This document shows, piece after piece, positions 1 through 11,690 of a stretch of 64,000 nt of DNA (within the stretch, counting starts at the first letter, position 1; the number at the start of each line of letters is the position of its first letter). A model generated the notes under the pieces. That model saw only the letters and a program-made list of their open reading frames with translations. It was not told the DNA's origin and ran no database searches. Source of the DNA: Octopus sinensis. Lineage: Eukaryota. The stretch lies in the NCBI RefSeq assembly GCF_006345805.1, contig NC_043005.1:108376001-108440000 (forward strand). The letters run 5' to 3'. The position numbers and the translations under genes are program-made.

Positions 1-167
1 GGGATAACTAAGGGATCAACAACAAAACTTAAATCACTTTCCATCTGTACTAGCATCTAAGAGACTAATCACTCAGCAGTTCTTGCTTCTTGCAGAAATA
101 ACAGATTTGTACTAATCGTATCTGTTTTCACATTTATGGATAAAACCCAGCAAGATAGTCTTGATTA

Positions 168-794
168 GGCTGTGTGGTAAGTAGCTTGCTTACCAACCAC
201 ATGGTTCTGGGTTCAGTCCCACTGCATGGCACCTTGGGCAAGTGTCTTCTACTATAGCCTCGACCCGACCACAGCCTTGTGAGTGGATATGGTAGATGGA
301 AATTTAAAGAATCCCGTTGTTTATATGTATATATATATAAAATATGAATTAGAGATAAAACCACTATTAGGCAACTCAAACAGTATACTCCCTAATATTA
401 TTATTGTATATATATATATATGTATACATACATATACATATATATATATATATATGTATACATACATATATATATGTATATGTGTGTATATGTATGTGTG
501 TATATACACATATGTGTGTATATATATATATGTATGTGTATAGATGTATATGTATGTATGTATATGTGTGTGTATATGTTTGTGTGTCTGTTTTGTCCCA
601 CCCCACCCCCACCCCCAGCATCGCTTGACAACTGATATTTTTATGTTTACGTCCCCGTAACTTAGCGGTTCAGCAAAAGAGACTGATAGAATAAGTACTG
701 GGCTTACAAAGAATAAGTCTTGGGGTCGATTTGCTCGACTAAAGGTGGTGCTCCAGCATGGTCGCAGTCAAATGACTGAAACAAGTAAAAGAGT
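168..794 (+). mobile_element. tRNA-derived CORE-type SINE (family A) with expanded internal (TA)n/(TG)n tract
   Basis: tRNA-like head GGCTGTGTGGTAAG...GGGTTCAGTCCC, CORE-like CCTTGGGCAAGTGTCTTCT, internal microsatellite, 3' end GACTGAAACAAGTAAAAGAGT; the same structure recurs about 20 times in the window. Confidence 0.9.
340..400. mobile_element. Fragment of the (TA)n-embedded fold-back family also seen at 18770-19302 and 36892-37097
   Basis: AATTAGAGATAAAACCACTATTAGGCAA matches about 18858-18885; CCCTAATATT matches the end of the 37.1 kb copy; flanked by TA repeats inside a SINE. Confidence 0.7.
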
Positions 795-1439
795 CACAAA
801 GTACAATGCCAGGGAATGCATCTCAATATAAGAATCAGAGTACATTAGTTGCTGATGTATATCTTAAGGCCGTTGTCTTGCATGTGTTCATTTATTCCGC
901 TGGAAGTAGTAACCAAATTTGCCTCCAATCACACCTGTCACCCTGAAAAGAGGACACATTAACTAACGTAGATGCTGAAAACTTAAAAGTAGGATGCTCA
1001 GAGCTGAACTGACATTCATCATAGATCTTGGACATGATTGCCGTGGGGTTAAACAACACCTGAAAAAAGCCGATTCCATTAGTGCTACAAAGTAACAAAT
1101 CACAGAATTGGTTCATACAGAAGTATTTGCTTCTCATGGCATTAAATATTTCTTATTTAATTATATTTCTGTTCTCCTACGTAGAGTGAGACCGCAATTT
1201 TTTTTTGTCTTGGCCAATGGCAGCTTACATATCTTTTCCTTGTTTTTAAGAAATGACAAACAACATCTGTAAAGTACGAAGAAACTATGCTTATGAATGT
1301 CTTTTTAAAATATTACCATTTCCTCTAAGAAATTATTCCTGAAATGCTTTCTGCAAAAATACAAAACATTTCATTAAAAGGTGACATTGGAGAGTCACTT
1401 TCTCTAACATGTTCCAAATGATCGCAATATTGATTTCGA

Positions 1440-1655
1440 ATTTTGGCACAAGGCCTGCAATTTCAGAGGAGGTATAAGTCAAGTTCATCAACCCCAGTGT
1501 TCAGCTGGTACTTATTCTATTGACTTTGGAAGTATAAAAGGCAAAGTCAGCTTCAGCAGAATTTGAATTTAGAATGTAAAGACGGCCAAGATATTACTAA
1601 GCATTTTGCTTGGAGCCGTCACGATTCTGCCATCACACTGCCTTATATGGTCACA
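1440..1655 (-). mobile_element. Degenerate SINE family B copy
   Basis: Reverse complement resembles GGCAGAATCG...TTCAAATTC...GACTTTGCCTTT...AAGTACCAG of the intact family B copies. Confidence 0.6.
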
Positions 1656-1743
1656 ATGTTAAATTTACACTAATCACCAATTGTTTTCAGAAAGAATAAA
1701 GAATTTTACAGTGAAAATTCAATAAGAACATATTCATAGAATT

Positions 1744-2120
1744 GGCTGTGTGGTAAGTAGCTTGCTTACGAACCACATGGTTCCGGGTTCAGTCCCACTG
1801 CATGGCAATTTGGGCAAGTGTCTTCTACTATAGCCTCAGGCTGACCAAAGCCTTATGAGTGGATTTGGTAGACGGAAACTGAAAGAAGCCCGTCGTATAT
1901 ATGTATATATATGTATTTTTTTGTGTCTGTGTTTGTCCTCCCAACATCACTTGACAACCGACGCTGGTGTGTTTACGTACCCGTAACTTAGCAGTTCGGC
2001 AAAAAAGACCGATAAAATAAGTACTATGGTTACAAAGAATAAGTCCTGGGGTCGATTTGCTCGACTAAAGGTGGTGCTCCAGCATGGCCACAGTCAAATG
2101 ACTGAAACAAGTAAAAGAGT
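1744..2120 (+). mobile_element. SINE family A
   Basis: Near full-length match to the other family A copies. Confidence 0.9.
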
Positions 2121-2399
2121 ACAATCATACAAAACCAACGGGATAAACAAATAGACATCACTGACCTGTCTTCGTTTCCCTGATGAGCAGATATATAAAC
2201 TTAAATGCACCCCTTCAAATACAAGCATCACTAACACAAAGGAATTGATATAGGGTGGATATTCTTGGTATGATTTATTAAGAGACGTATGTAAAAAGAT
2301 GATTTGAGAGTGGAATAATATTTAAGGCTGGTGGTTCGATGATGTGGATGGATTTCATCCAGATACCCCTCACAGTCAGATATATGGTCAAATATTAGA

Positions 2400-2625
2400 G
2401 CGGCAAGCTGGCAGAAACGTTAGCACGCCGGACGAAACGCGTAGCCATATTTCGTCTGTCGATACGTTCCGAGTTAAAATCCTGCCGAGGTCGACTTTGC
2501 CTTTCATCCTTTCAGGGTCGATAAATCAAGTACCAGTTACGCACTGGGATCGATTTAATCAGCCTAATCCCTTTGTCTGTCCTTGTTTGTCCCCTCTGTG
2601 TTTAGCCCCTTGTGGGTAGTAAAGA
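2400..2625 (+). mobile_element. tRNA-derived SINE family B
   Basis: GCTGGCAGAAACGTTAGC head, GAGTTAAAATCC B-box-like motif, central GGTCGACTTTGCCTTTCATCCTTTCAGGGTCGATAAATCAAGTACCAG; at least 7 other copies in the window. Confidence 0.9.
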
Positions 2626-2894
2626 GATATATATGGTCAAATATCTCTAGTAGTGAGTTACAAGAAGATAAAGAGAGATAGACTAATGTGTGTGTGTGTG
2701 TGTATTTCACTTAAGCATAGCAAAATCTTGATGTTAGAGCTTAACATGCTTTTGCTTCAAAATAAAGTGTATATCATAAAGTGTTAGTTGAGTGCACGGA
2801 GTATAATATGAGATTAATCAAATGACAAAGGAGCAGGAAATTATGCAATAAAATGCATTAGCTTGCTGCTGTTTCTGCAATAACGTGATGCACA

Positions 2895-3961
2895 AGCATA
2901 CGTACATACATGCATGCATGCATACATACATACATACATACATGCATGCATACATACATACATACATACATACATACATGCATGCATGCTTGCATGCATG
3001 CATACAAACATACATATATACATGCATACATGCATACATACATACATATATACATGCATACATACATACATACATACATACATACATACATGCATGCATG
3101 CTTGCATGCTTACATACAAACATACATATATACATGCATACATGCATACATACATACATATATACATGCATACATACATACATACATACATACATGCATG
3201 CATGCTTGCATGCATACATACTAACATACATATATACATGCATACATGCATACATACATACATATATACATGCATACATGCATACAAACATACAAACATA
3301 TATACATACATACATACAAACATACAAACATACATACAAACATACGTGCATACATACATGCATACATACATACATACATACATACATACATACTTGCATA
3401 CATACATACATACATACATACATACATACATACATACATGCATGCATGCTTGCATGCATACATACAAACATACATATATACATGCATACATGCATACATA
3501 CATACATATATACATGCATACATACATACAAACATACAAACATACATACAAACATACGTGCATACATACATGCATACATACATACATACATACATACTTG
3601 CATACATACATACATACATACATACATACATACAAACATACATACATACATACATACAAACATACATGCATGCATACATACATGCATACATACATACATA
3701 CATGCATGCATGCATGCATGCATGCATGCATGCATACATACATGATACATACATACATACATACATACATACATGCATGTATACATACATAAATACATAA
3801 ATACATACATATATAGATAGATAGATATATGTATACACACATATATACACATATCATTTAATGTTCACAATATACAGTTATGAGCAGTTAATAGTTTCAT
3901 ACATCTCTAATGCATGAAAGATAGCTAGCTAGATAGATAGATAGACAGATACATACATGCA

Positions 3962-3995
<34 letters not shown>

Positions 3996-4120
3996 CATAC
4001 ATACATGCATACATACATGCATGCATACATACATACATGCATACATACACACATACATACATACATACATACATGCATACATACATACATACATACATAC
4101 ATACATACATACATACATAC
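2895..4120. repeat. Compound (CATA)n/(CATG)n tetranucleotide satellite with higher-order blocks
   Basis: About 1.2 kb of CATA/CATG units with a short interruption near 3850-3900; marker GCATGCTTGCATGC recurs near 2983, 3095, 3199 and 3442; source of many spurious MYVC/HTYI ORFs. Confidence 0.95.
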
Positions 4121-5044
4121 ATAGAGATATGTACATTCTTACACATGCATATATATCTACATATATGGTGGTTGTATACTCCTTATGCAGCGTTTGACCA
4201 TCTCCTGTACCTACACCGTAGAACCATCATATACATATATCTACACACACACACATAATATACTTTTTCTCTCTATCTTTTTTCTCGTCTCTCCAAAATA
4301 TATTTCACCATATATCTGACACCTAGTCAATCCTGCTTACAACCCACCCACCAACTCCAAATACTGCTCCACCCATATCACACTCTTCCACGTACACATT
4401 CTCCATAAGTCATAGCAAGAGATAACAATTAAAATGTTACAAGTCTTTAGCCTGTCATGTTTATCATATATTATAAGATTTCCCCTTTAATTCAATGGAT
4501 TAACCCAAGTCTAGACCAATCTAATCAGCTTTACGACATTAATCACACTCTGAGATTTGAATTGATTAATGGAATTCCTTCTCTTTATCTTCTTTCCTTC
4601 TTTCCATTATTTTTTATGTTTCCTTTGTAATTTTTATTTTTATAGAGTTTTTGTTTTGTTTTGTTTCAGAAAAAGTTCAAAGAAAATATATATAAATGAA
4701 TTTCAAATAAATTTTAATGTAGCCCAAGAAATATGTTGATGTATATTGAAATATATGTGTTAGTATGCATGTAAGTATGTATGTGTGTAAGTTTGAAAGT
4801 GTTTATACATGTATGCATATTTGTGTGTATGTATGATTCTATATATGCTTGTATATGTATATATATATATATATAATAACAATTTGATAAATACATATAT
4901 TTAATATATACATATAGATGTAGGTATGTACCTATATGTATGTATGCATATGCTTTATTTATTAAATTGTCATTATATGATTGAATGCCTCGCGTCACTT
5001 TCTTATTTCTCCAAGTAAGTTTTTATTATATATATATATATATA

Positions 5045-5320
5045 CATGTGATCATGTGATCATGTGACCGACCAGACTATCAGATGTTGTTACACATCGC
5101 TGGTCACGATGTGCTTTTGCATCGTTTTAGCTTTTGAATGATGACGCTCTGATGACTAGGTGAGTGGGCCAACATTCTGCCCTGATTGAAAGGGGGCCTG
5201 GACCAATGTGAAATGAAATATTTTACTCAAGAACACAATGAGCTACCAGGTTTAGGAATCAAACCCACAGACTAGTGATTGTGAGTGCTACAGCCTAACC
5301 ATTAGCCCATGCGTCTTCAC
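5045..5320 (-). mobile_element. tRNA-derived CORE-like SINE family E with (CACATGAT)n tail
   Basis: Minus-strand head GTGAAGACGCATGGGCTAATGGTTAGG, TTCTTGAGTAAAATATTTCATTTCAC core, tail CATGTGAT repeats; similar to 22600-22815 and 23550-23818. Confidence 0.75.
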
Positions 5321-5507
5321 ACATATACATGCACGTATACATATTTGCAAGTTATAAACTAGGAGTTGATTTCATCAATTATTTTGTTCCCCAACAAATT
5401 TGTGGCCTTGTGCCAACCTTAGAAATTATTGTTCTATATTTAAGAGATGAGGAATTATGTACATTATTTACATTTGACAGATATTAGTCCTCATCTTGTT
5501 TGTTGTT

Positions 5508-5553
5508 AATACAACGTTTCAGCTGATATACCCTCCAGCCTTCTTCAGGTGTC
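5508..5553 (-). ncRNA. Minimal type I hammerhead ribozyme motif
   Basis: GACAC-CUGAAGA-A-GGCUG(GAGGGUAUAU)CAGCU-GAAA-CG-UU-GUAUU: intact core, 5-bp stem II, palindromic ACGU stem III, stem I pairs at 4 of 5 positions. Confidence 0.8.
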
Positions 5554-5599
5554 TTGTGGAAATTTCGAATCAGGGTTCTCATTCCAATGGTATTTTTCA

Positions 5600-5719
5600 A
5601 TGTTGTTATTATTATCATTATTATTATTATTGTTGTTGTTGTTGTTCTTCTTCTTCTTCTTCTTCTTCTTCTTTTCTTCTTCTTCTTTTTCTTCTTCTTC
5701 TTCTTCTTATTGTTGTTGC

Positions 5720-5780
<61 letters not shown>
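5600..5780. repeat. Compound (TTA)/(TTG)/(TTC) microsatellite
   Basis: Direct inspection. Confidence 0.95.
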
Positions 5781-5784
<4 letters not shown>

Positions 5785-5814
5785 TCACTGCCAGGAATCG
5801 AACTCGGAATCTTG

Positions 5815-5872
5815 GGGTTAAGAGCACGGGCTACTAACCTCAAAATTCTGAGTTCCATTCCAGGCAGTGACT

Positions 5873-5920
<48 letters not shown>
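5815..5920 (+). mobile_element. Second, inverted tRNA-like SINE head followed by (AAT)n
   Basis: GGTTAAGAGCACGGGCTACTAACC...GAGTTCCATTCCAGGCAGTGACTTGAATAAT; 5835-5874 is 34/40 complementary to 5781-5820. Confidence 0.75.
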
Positions 5921-5921
<1 letters not shown>

Positions 5922-5929
5922 TAGAAAAA

Positions 5930-6320
5930 TCTGCACCATCTAAAGGCAGATGTTGATCATCTTTACCTTTCCAGAGCTCAGGGAGGTTGAGGCTTGATCC
6001 AGCTTGAACTTACATACAAAACCACCACAATCGGACTGGCCAAAATACCTTGAAACAACCAACGATTGAATGCTAAAACTTGTTGAAAAACATGAAAGAC
6101 TGAAAAAACTTCACTCTATTCTGAAAGAAAGCAAAAACTTCGCAACTGATCTCTTATGAAGGAAATGCGGCAACTGCTGCTGCAAAGAAAATAAAATTAA
6201 TTGCAAAGACAAAAGCACATGAAAAATTAGCAAGCAGATGGGAACAGAAACCTCTGCATGGCAAGTATGTGGCCCATAGCAAACAAACTGATGTCGGCCA
6301 GAAACACATGCATCAATTCA
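5930..6320 (+). mobile_element. R4/Dong-clade non-LTR retrotransposon fragment (decayed)
   Basis: Translation KADVDHLYLSRAQGG*GLIQLELTYK...WEQKPLHGKY matches the R4/Dong post-RT motifs (ADVDRLYLPR..GGRGL, W..KPLHG); contains stops and frameshifts. Confidence 0.75.
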
Positions 6321-9039
6321 TCTTCAGTATTGCCATTTGTGATATGGCTAATGATGGTAACATTGGCTCAGTTGTTAATGTTGGCAATATGAATGTTAAA
6401 TGAAACTGTGCCAGTCTTCTTCAGTGAAAGTAAGTTGGGGAATCTTGTGTCCTTTTACTTCTGTTTCATTGAATATAAGGTACTCTGTTTTTTGTTGCTT
6501 CTCCTTTTCCCTCAAATTTCTATACTTTGTAAAAACAATACCAACATTAACTAAGCATACATCGGTGATTTTCCATCCTTATCTTCATAGTTGCATTCAG
6601 AAACCATAGGTTGTTTGAGTGCATAATGCAACAAAATGAATATAATTTTTTTTTTTTTTTTTTTACTATAAACTCAAAGGAATTAATTTATGAAAGAACA
6701 CAGTCAATTGATTCTACCAACGTATTTAACTGGCACTTATTTTCTCAAGACTGGAATAGTGAGACCATTGGCAATGTTTGAACTTAGAACACAAATGTAT
6801 GTAACCAAATACCACAAGAAATTGATCTGTCACTAGTAGCAGCAGCAGCATCAACAACACCAACAGTACAGGTGTAATCTTCGATTTAAGAAAAACAAAC
6901 TAATTGCTTTATTTTAAGAAATATATTTATAATTTGGAAAATGACTCAAAAGATTTTTAAAAATATATATATTCCAGCATTTATTAAATAATTTGAAAGT
7001 TGAAGAAAGGTGCAAGAAAAAAGAAACAGTTTCTTGATGTGCGTGTGTTTTGCTATAAATATAAATCTATATCACAGAGCATAGATAAGAGTGAGAATGT
7101 GTATATTTGTGAGTATTCGTGTATGTTAGAATGTAATTGATTGTATGTCTACAAATGTCCATACAAAAAACTGTGCATATACAGGTGCCAAGGGTATGAA
7201 TGTATGTGAGTGGTGTGTGCAAATGTATGTGAATGTATGTGAATGCATGTGTATGTATGTGAATGAATGTATGTGTATATGCGTTGATTCATTCACTAAT
7301 ACTTATATAAAGATGTATACGTCTGCAAATACAAAATGAAAGGATTTTTTTAAATGTATTCACATACGTATATATATCTGAAGATTTTCATAGTTAAAGA
7401 TGATTTAATTCACAAGATATATCAATAAAGATATTTAGAATATTTTTTTTACTCTTAAATTTGGCATTTTCATTGGGAAATTCTTCAGAATTTCGACCAT
7501 TTTCCATTCTTGGATAGGAATCATTTATCTGAAATTGTAAAAGGTTGGAACAAAAAAAGCTTAGAAAAATAATTGGAATTAAAGGAAAAAAATTCATTTC
7601 ATTAATATGTTGAGTAAATAGCTCAGAAAAAAATTGTATACATTTCTGTTCAAGAAATAATTTTTGTTTTTTAATTTTATATTATTTTCTAATTTTGTTC
7701 AAATTTAAGAACAACAACAAGAACAGCACCTACATCAGCAATATCATCATAAAAACTGTCTTAAAAAAAATTACAATAACATCACAAAACATGTTAAAAA
7801 GATATGATATATTGACAACGATAATCGTTGTGGTGAATTCATGCACTAATAACATGAAAACTTGTAAATACAGCAGGTGTTGGCAACCAAACACATATTC
7901 ACACTCACATACACACACACACGTGTGTATGTGATCATACATATATGCATATATAGGTGTGTGTGTGTGTGAGTGTACATGTCTGTAGGTATGTATACTC
8001 ACACACATATACATTACATACATATATATATATATTTATATATTTAGATAGATAGATAGATAAATGTAAGTATAGATGTAGATACAGATGTATTAATTTC
8101 TTTATTGCTCTCTATGCACATACAATGTCTTTTATTTAACCTTTACAAAATTTACCAACGATGAAGCAAACAGATTTGTTTTTATCTCGAAGATTATCTG
8201 CACCCGTGAATGTGTGTGTGTGTGTGTGCATGTATGTGTATGCATGCATCTATGTATGTGTATATGTGCATCAGTGTATGTGTTTGTGTGTATGAATTTA
8301 TTGGCAAAAACACACATAGAGCTATGCACACATTTGTTTGTAAGTGTATATCAATATCGTATAGTTTGTATCAATGGTTATTTCTAAAGGAAAATATATT
8401 TAAATTTACAAGGGAATGCGAAAAATCAGCATCAAAAACAACAAAAAAAAACAACAACAAAAGCAATCAATCCTTATAGATATCACACAATTATATAACT
8501 AAAATTAAAATTCAATGAAATATATATTTACAGTTTTGCCATCTTTTTTTTCTTGTTGTTTTTTGCTATAGAACCTGGAAAAATATTTACATGTAAATCT
8601 TTTACCAGAAAAACAAGAATTTTAAACTTTACACCTTCAACATCTCACACAGGTCTACCCACCCATAAAATCCTTTCTTACCTCCATCTTCATCTCTGTC
8701 TCAGACACATATTTATTAGTATTAACATGTTATCTTAAAGATAGTGTTTTATCAGTGACATAGACTTTAAGCAATGAATATTTTTCCATGATTGTATACA
8801 TCCATGTGTATACACATGAGTGTACGAAACTGACAGTGAGAAGGTCAAGAATTAGAAGCACAGAGAATTCCTAGCAAGCTGGAAACATTTATTTTTGTTG
8901 CTTAGAGCCAGATCTGACATAAGTGTAGAAATCTATGATAAAAGCAATCCAGCTGTAAGCACCTAATGTTTCATATATCATGGACTAAATTTTCTAATGC
9001 ATCCTTCTTTTCCAAAGTGTTGTGTAGGGTATATATATA

Positions 9040-9268
9040 AGGCGGACGAGCTGGCAGACATGTTAGCGCACCGGGTGATATGTTAGTGGTATCTCGTCTG
9101 TCGCTATGTTCTCAGTTCAAATTTCACCGAGGTCGACTTTGCTTTTCATCCTTTCTGGGTCGATAAATTAAGTACCAGTTATGCACTGGGATCGATGTAA
9201 TCGACTTAATCCCTTTGTCTGTCCTTGTTTGTCCCCTCTATGTTTAGCACCTTGTGGGCAATAAATAA
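9040..9268 (+). mobile_element. SINE family B
   Basis: Full-length match to the family B pattern. Confidence 0.9.
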
Positions 9269-9304
9269 ATATATATAAAGGTATTCTTTATCTAAAAAAA
9301 AAAA

Positions 9305-9535
9305 GGTTGCGAGCTGGCAGAATCGTTAGCATGCCGGGCGAAATGCTTAGCAGTATTTTGTCTGTTATTACGTTCTGAGATCAAATTCCGCCGAGGTCGA
9401 CTTAGCCTTTCATCCTCTCAGGTTTGATAAATTAAGTACCAGTTACGCACTGGGGTTGATGTAATTGACTTAATCCATTTGTCTGTTGTTGTTTGTCCCC
9501 TCTGTGTTTAGCCCCTTGTGGGTAGTAAAGAAATA
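9305..9535 (+). mobile_element. SINE family B (tandem neighbour of 9040-9268)
   Basis: Full-length match; separated from the previous copy by about 35 bp of AT-rich spacer. Confidence 0.9.
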
Positions 9536-9837
9536 ATATATATGCTTACATGTGTGTGAATGTGCACAACTATGTGTATTTATGTGCATACATGCATATA
9601 CACATACATGTATGTATCATAACACATAGCAGTATGGTTAACATAACTGTATGTTTGACCATAGCCATAGCTGTATGGGTAATGAATTCACTTTACCACC
9701 ATGTTGTTTCAAGATTATTCCCACAACATGGCACTGAGGTGGTTTCTACTATTACCCCAGAATGGCCAATACCTTGTGAGCAGAAATGAAAGCTGGAAAC
9801 CATAGGCAGATAATTATGCATACATACATACATACAT

Positions 9838-10076
9838 ACTCTTTACTCGTTATTCTTTTACTTGTTTCAGTCATTTGACTGCGGCCATGCCGGAGCACTG
9901 CCTTTAGCCGAGCAAATCGACTCCAGGACTCATTCTTTGTAAGCCTGGTACTTATTCTATCAGTCTGTTTTGCCGAACGACTAAGTTATGGGGATGTAAA
10001 CACACCACCATCAGTTGTCAAGCGATGTTGGGGGAACAAACACAGACACACAAACATATACACATACATACATACG

Positions 10077-10150
<74 letters not shown>

Positions 10151-10308
10151 TACGACGGGCTTTTTTCAGTTTCTGTCTACCAAATCCACTTTGGTTGGCC
10201 TGGGGCTATAGTAGAAGACACATGCCTAAGGTGCCACACAGTGGAACTAAACCCGGAACCATGTGGTTGGTAAGTAAGCTACTTACCACGCAGCTACTTC
10301 TGCGCCTA
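9838..10308 (-). mobile_element. SINE family A
   Basis: Reverse-complement match with an internal (TA)n tract. Confidence 0.9.
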
Positions 10309-10362
10309 CATATAATATATATATATATCTATCTATCTATATATATATATATATATATATAA

Positions 10363-10553
10363 AGTTAATCCAAACATGGAAACACAAAGAGAAAACACAA
10401 CAATGCGAGGACGTGGAACAAGTATAGTATTATTGGACGCTCAGGAAAGAAGGAAAGAAGGAGGGTTTAACGTTTCGAGCGGAGCTCTTCATCAGAAACA
10501 TAGGAGAAGGAAAGATCCAGAGAAGGGAAGACAGTGGGAAAAAAATCGACAAA
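10363..10553 (-). mobile_element. About 190-bp (TA)n-embedded hammerhead-bearing element (Penelope/retrozyme-like)
   Basis: Flanked by (TA)n on both sides; roughly 90% identical by eye to 38367-38543 in the opposite orientation; contains a hammerhead motif. Confidence 0.8.
10465..10499 (-). ncRNA. Minimal type I hammerhead ribozyme motif
   Basis: GUUU-CUGAUGA-A-GAGC(UCC)GCUC-GAAA-CG-UU-AAAC: canonical core, 4-bp stems I and II, ACGU palindromic stem III. Confidence 0.85.
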
Positions 10554-10867
10554 TATATATATATATATATATATACATGTATATATATGTATGTATATAT
10601 GCATGTATAATTATTTGCCAACAATATACGTATGTACATACATACATACATGATATCTCTTGCCATATCACTGTTCACCTATCACACACTGAGTACATTG
10701 TGGATTTTTCTGGCTAGTAGATGTAAATTTATATTGGGAACTCCTCAGTATATTGTGGATTTCTGCAGCTGGTAGGTATTTATATTTTTTTTAGATTTTA
10801 ATTATCTCTGTGGGAGGTTTTGGAACATAACACCTGCGATGGTCGAGGGATTATTGTATATGTATAT

Positions 10868-11690
10868 ATGGGGTTTGATAAAAAGTATTAAGAGTAATGC
10901 TATAATAAGACAATTACAACAGATATCAATTTGGCATTTGTTCTCCTTTGAAGTAGTCCCACTTTGAAGCTACACACTTTATCCAGTGCCGTTTCCATTC
11001 ATAAAAGCATTCCTGGAACTCGTTTATTGGGATAGCAAACAGCTACCTTGTAGCATTCTCTTAGATTTCTTTGATGTCTTGAAATCTTGTTCTTTTTAAA
11101 TGAGGTTCTTTTCAACCCTTAGTTTTGGGGTCATCATCATTGCTCGACAGTGGTCAAGACAATAGAATTTACTATGTTACGCCAAACTTCAAGGTCCATC
11201 ATAGCATTACGGAGGTCCCGTTGCTGGATGCCTGTATCCCTGGAGATTACATCCGAGTAGGAGAGTGTGCGCCCTCTGGTATTGCGAGCAGATGGCTTCC
11301 AGAGGAGAAGAGTAGAAATTACCTCGTTTTCAGCTCTACAACAATGTCCAGCAAACTGGACTCTCTTACCTTTCACAAGAGATGACACAGGTGGTAGTTT
11401 CCCATATATTTGCATTTTGGTTGGATGGCGCTTCCATGAGAGATTTTGAGCTCTCATAAGGAGGCGAGTGTAGGTTCCATCCAACCGCCTCTCAAGCTTC
11501 AACCGTCCAGATTTCTGAGCCATATAGTGGAATTGGTTATGGGGTCATAACCATAGATCCATGGTCTGTCACCTGCTATGACCATTTTTGGAAAATTTGC
11601 ATCTTCCTTGACATAATCAAGGGTATCTTATGACCACACTCTGCACACTTTACTTTCAAACACTGCTCTAAATAACAGATATAAGCAAGA
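10868..11690 (-). mobile_element. Mariner remnant (internally deleted) interrupted by an RTE LINE
   Basis: 11525-11660 translates LDYVKEDANFPKMVIAGDRPWIYGYDP (TGDETW..YDP-like); 10870-11120 resembles the mariner C-terminus with a TIR-like GGGGTTTGATAAAAAGT. Confidence 0.6.
11131..11522 (-). mobile_element. 5'-truncated RTE-clade LINE 3' end with (TGA)n tail
   Basis: ORF ...ERRLDGTYTRLLMRAQNLSWKRHPT...VQFAGHCCR...; same family as 50991-51447; the stop codon is the first unit of the TGATGA tail. Confidence 0.85.

Larger units (their letters stand above)
5435..5820 (-). mobile_element. Composite element: tRNA-like half-head, (AAT/AAG/AAC)n tract and hammerhead-bearing 3' part
   Basis: Minus strand reads GAGTTCGATTCC (B box), a trinucleotide tract of about 180 bp, a hammerhead motif, then a GATGAGGA/TCCTCATC terminal stem. 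Confidence 0.6.

Noticed and set aside
2180-2215. CUGAUGA motif as a hammerhead (also at 49627-49633 and, on the minus strand, 50266-50272)
   Set aside because: No GAAA after a closing stem II and no stem I; the latter two lie in family D and RTE sequence
2818-4146. Long ORFs (up to 344 aa) of MYVC/HTYI type
   Set aside because: Translations of (CATA)n/(CATG)n, which lack stops in several frames on both strands; no protein-like complexity
5484-5943. Overlapping ORFs with poly-L/N/K/Y tracts
   Set aside because: Trinucleotide microsatellite translations
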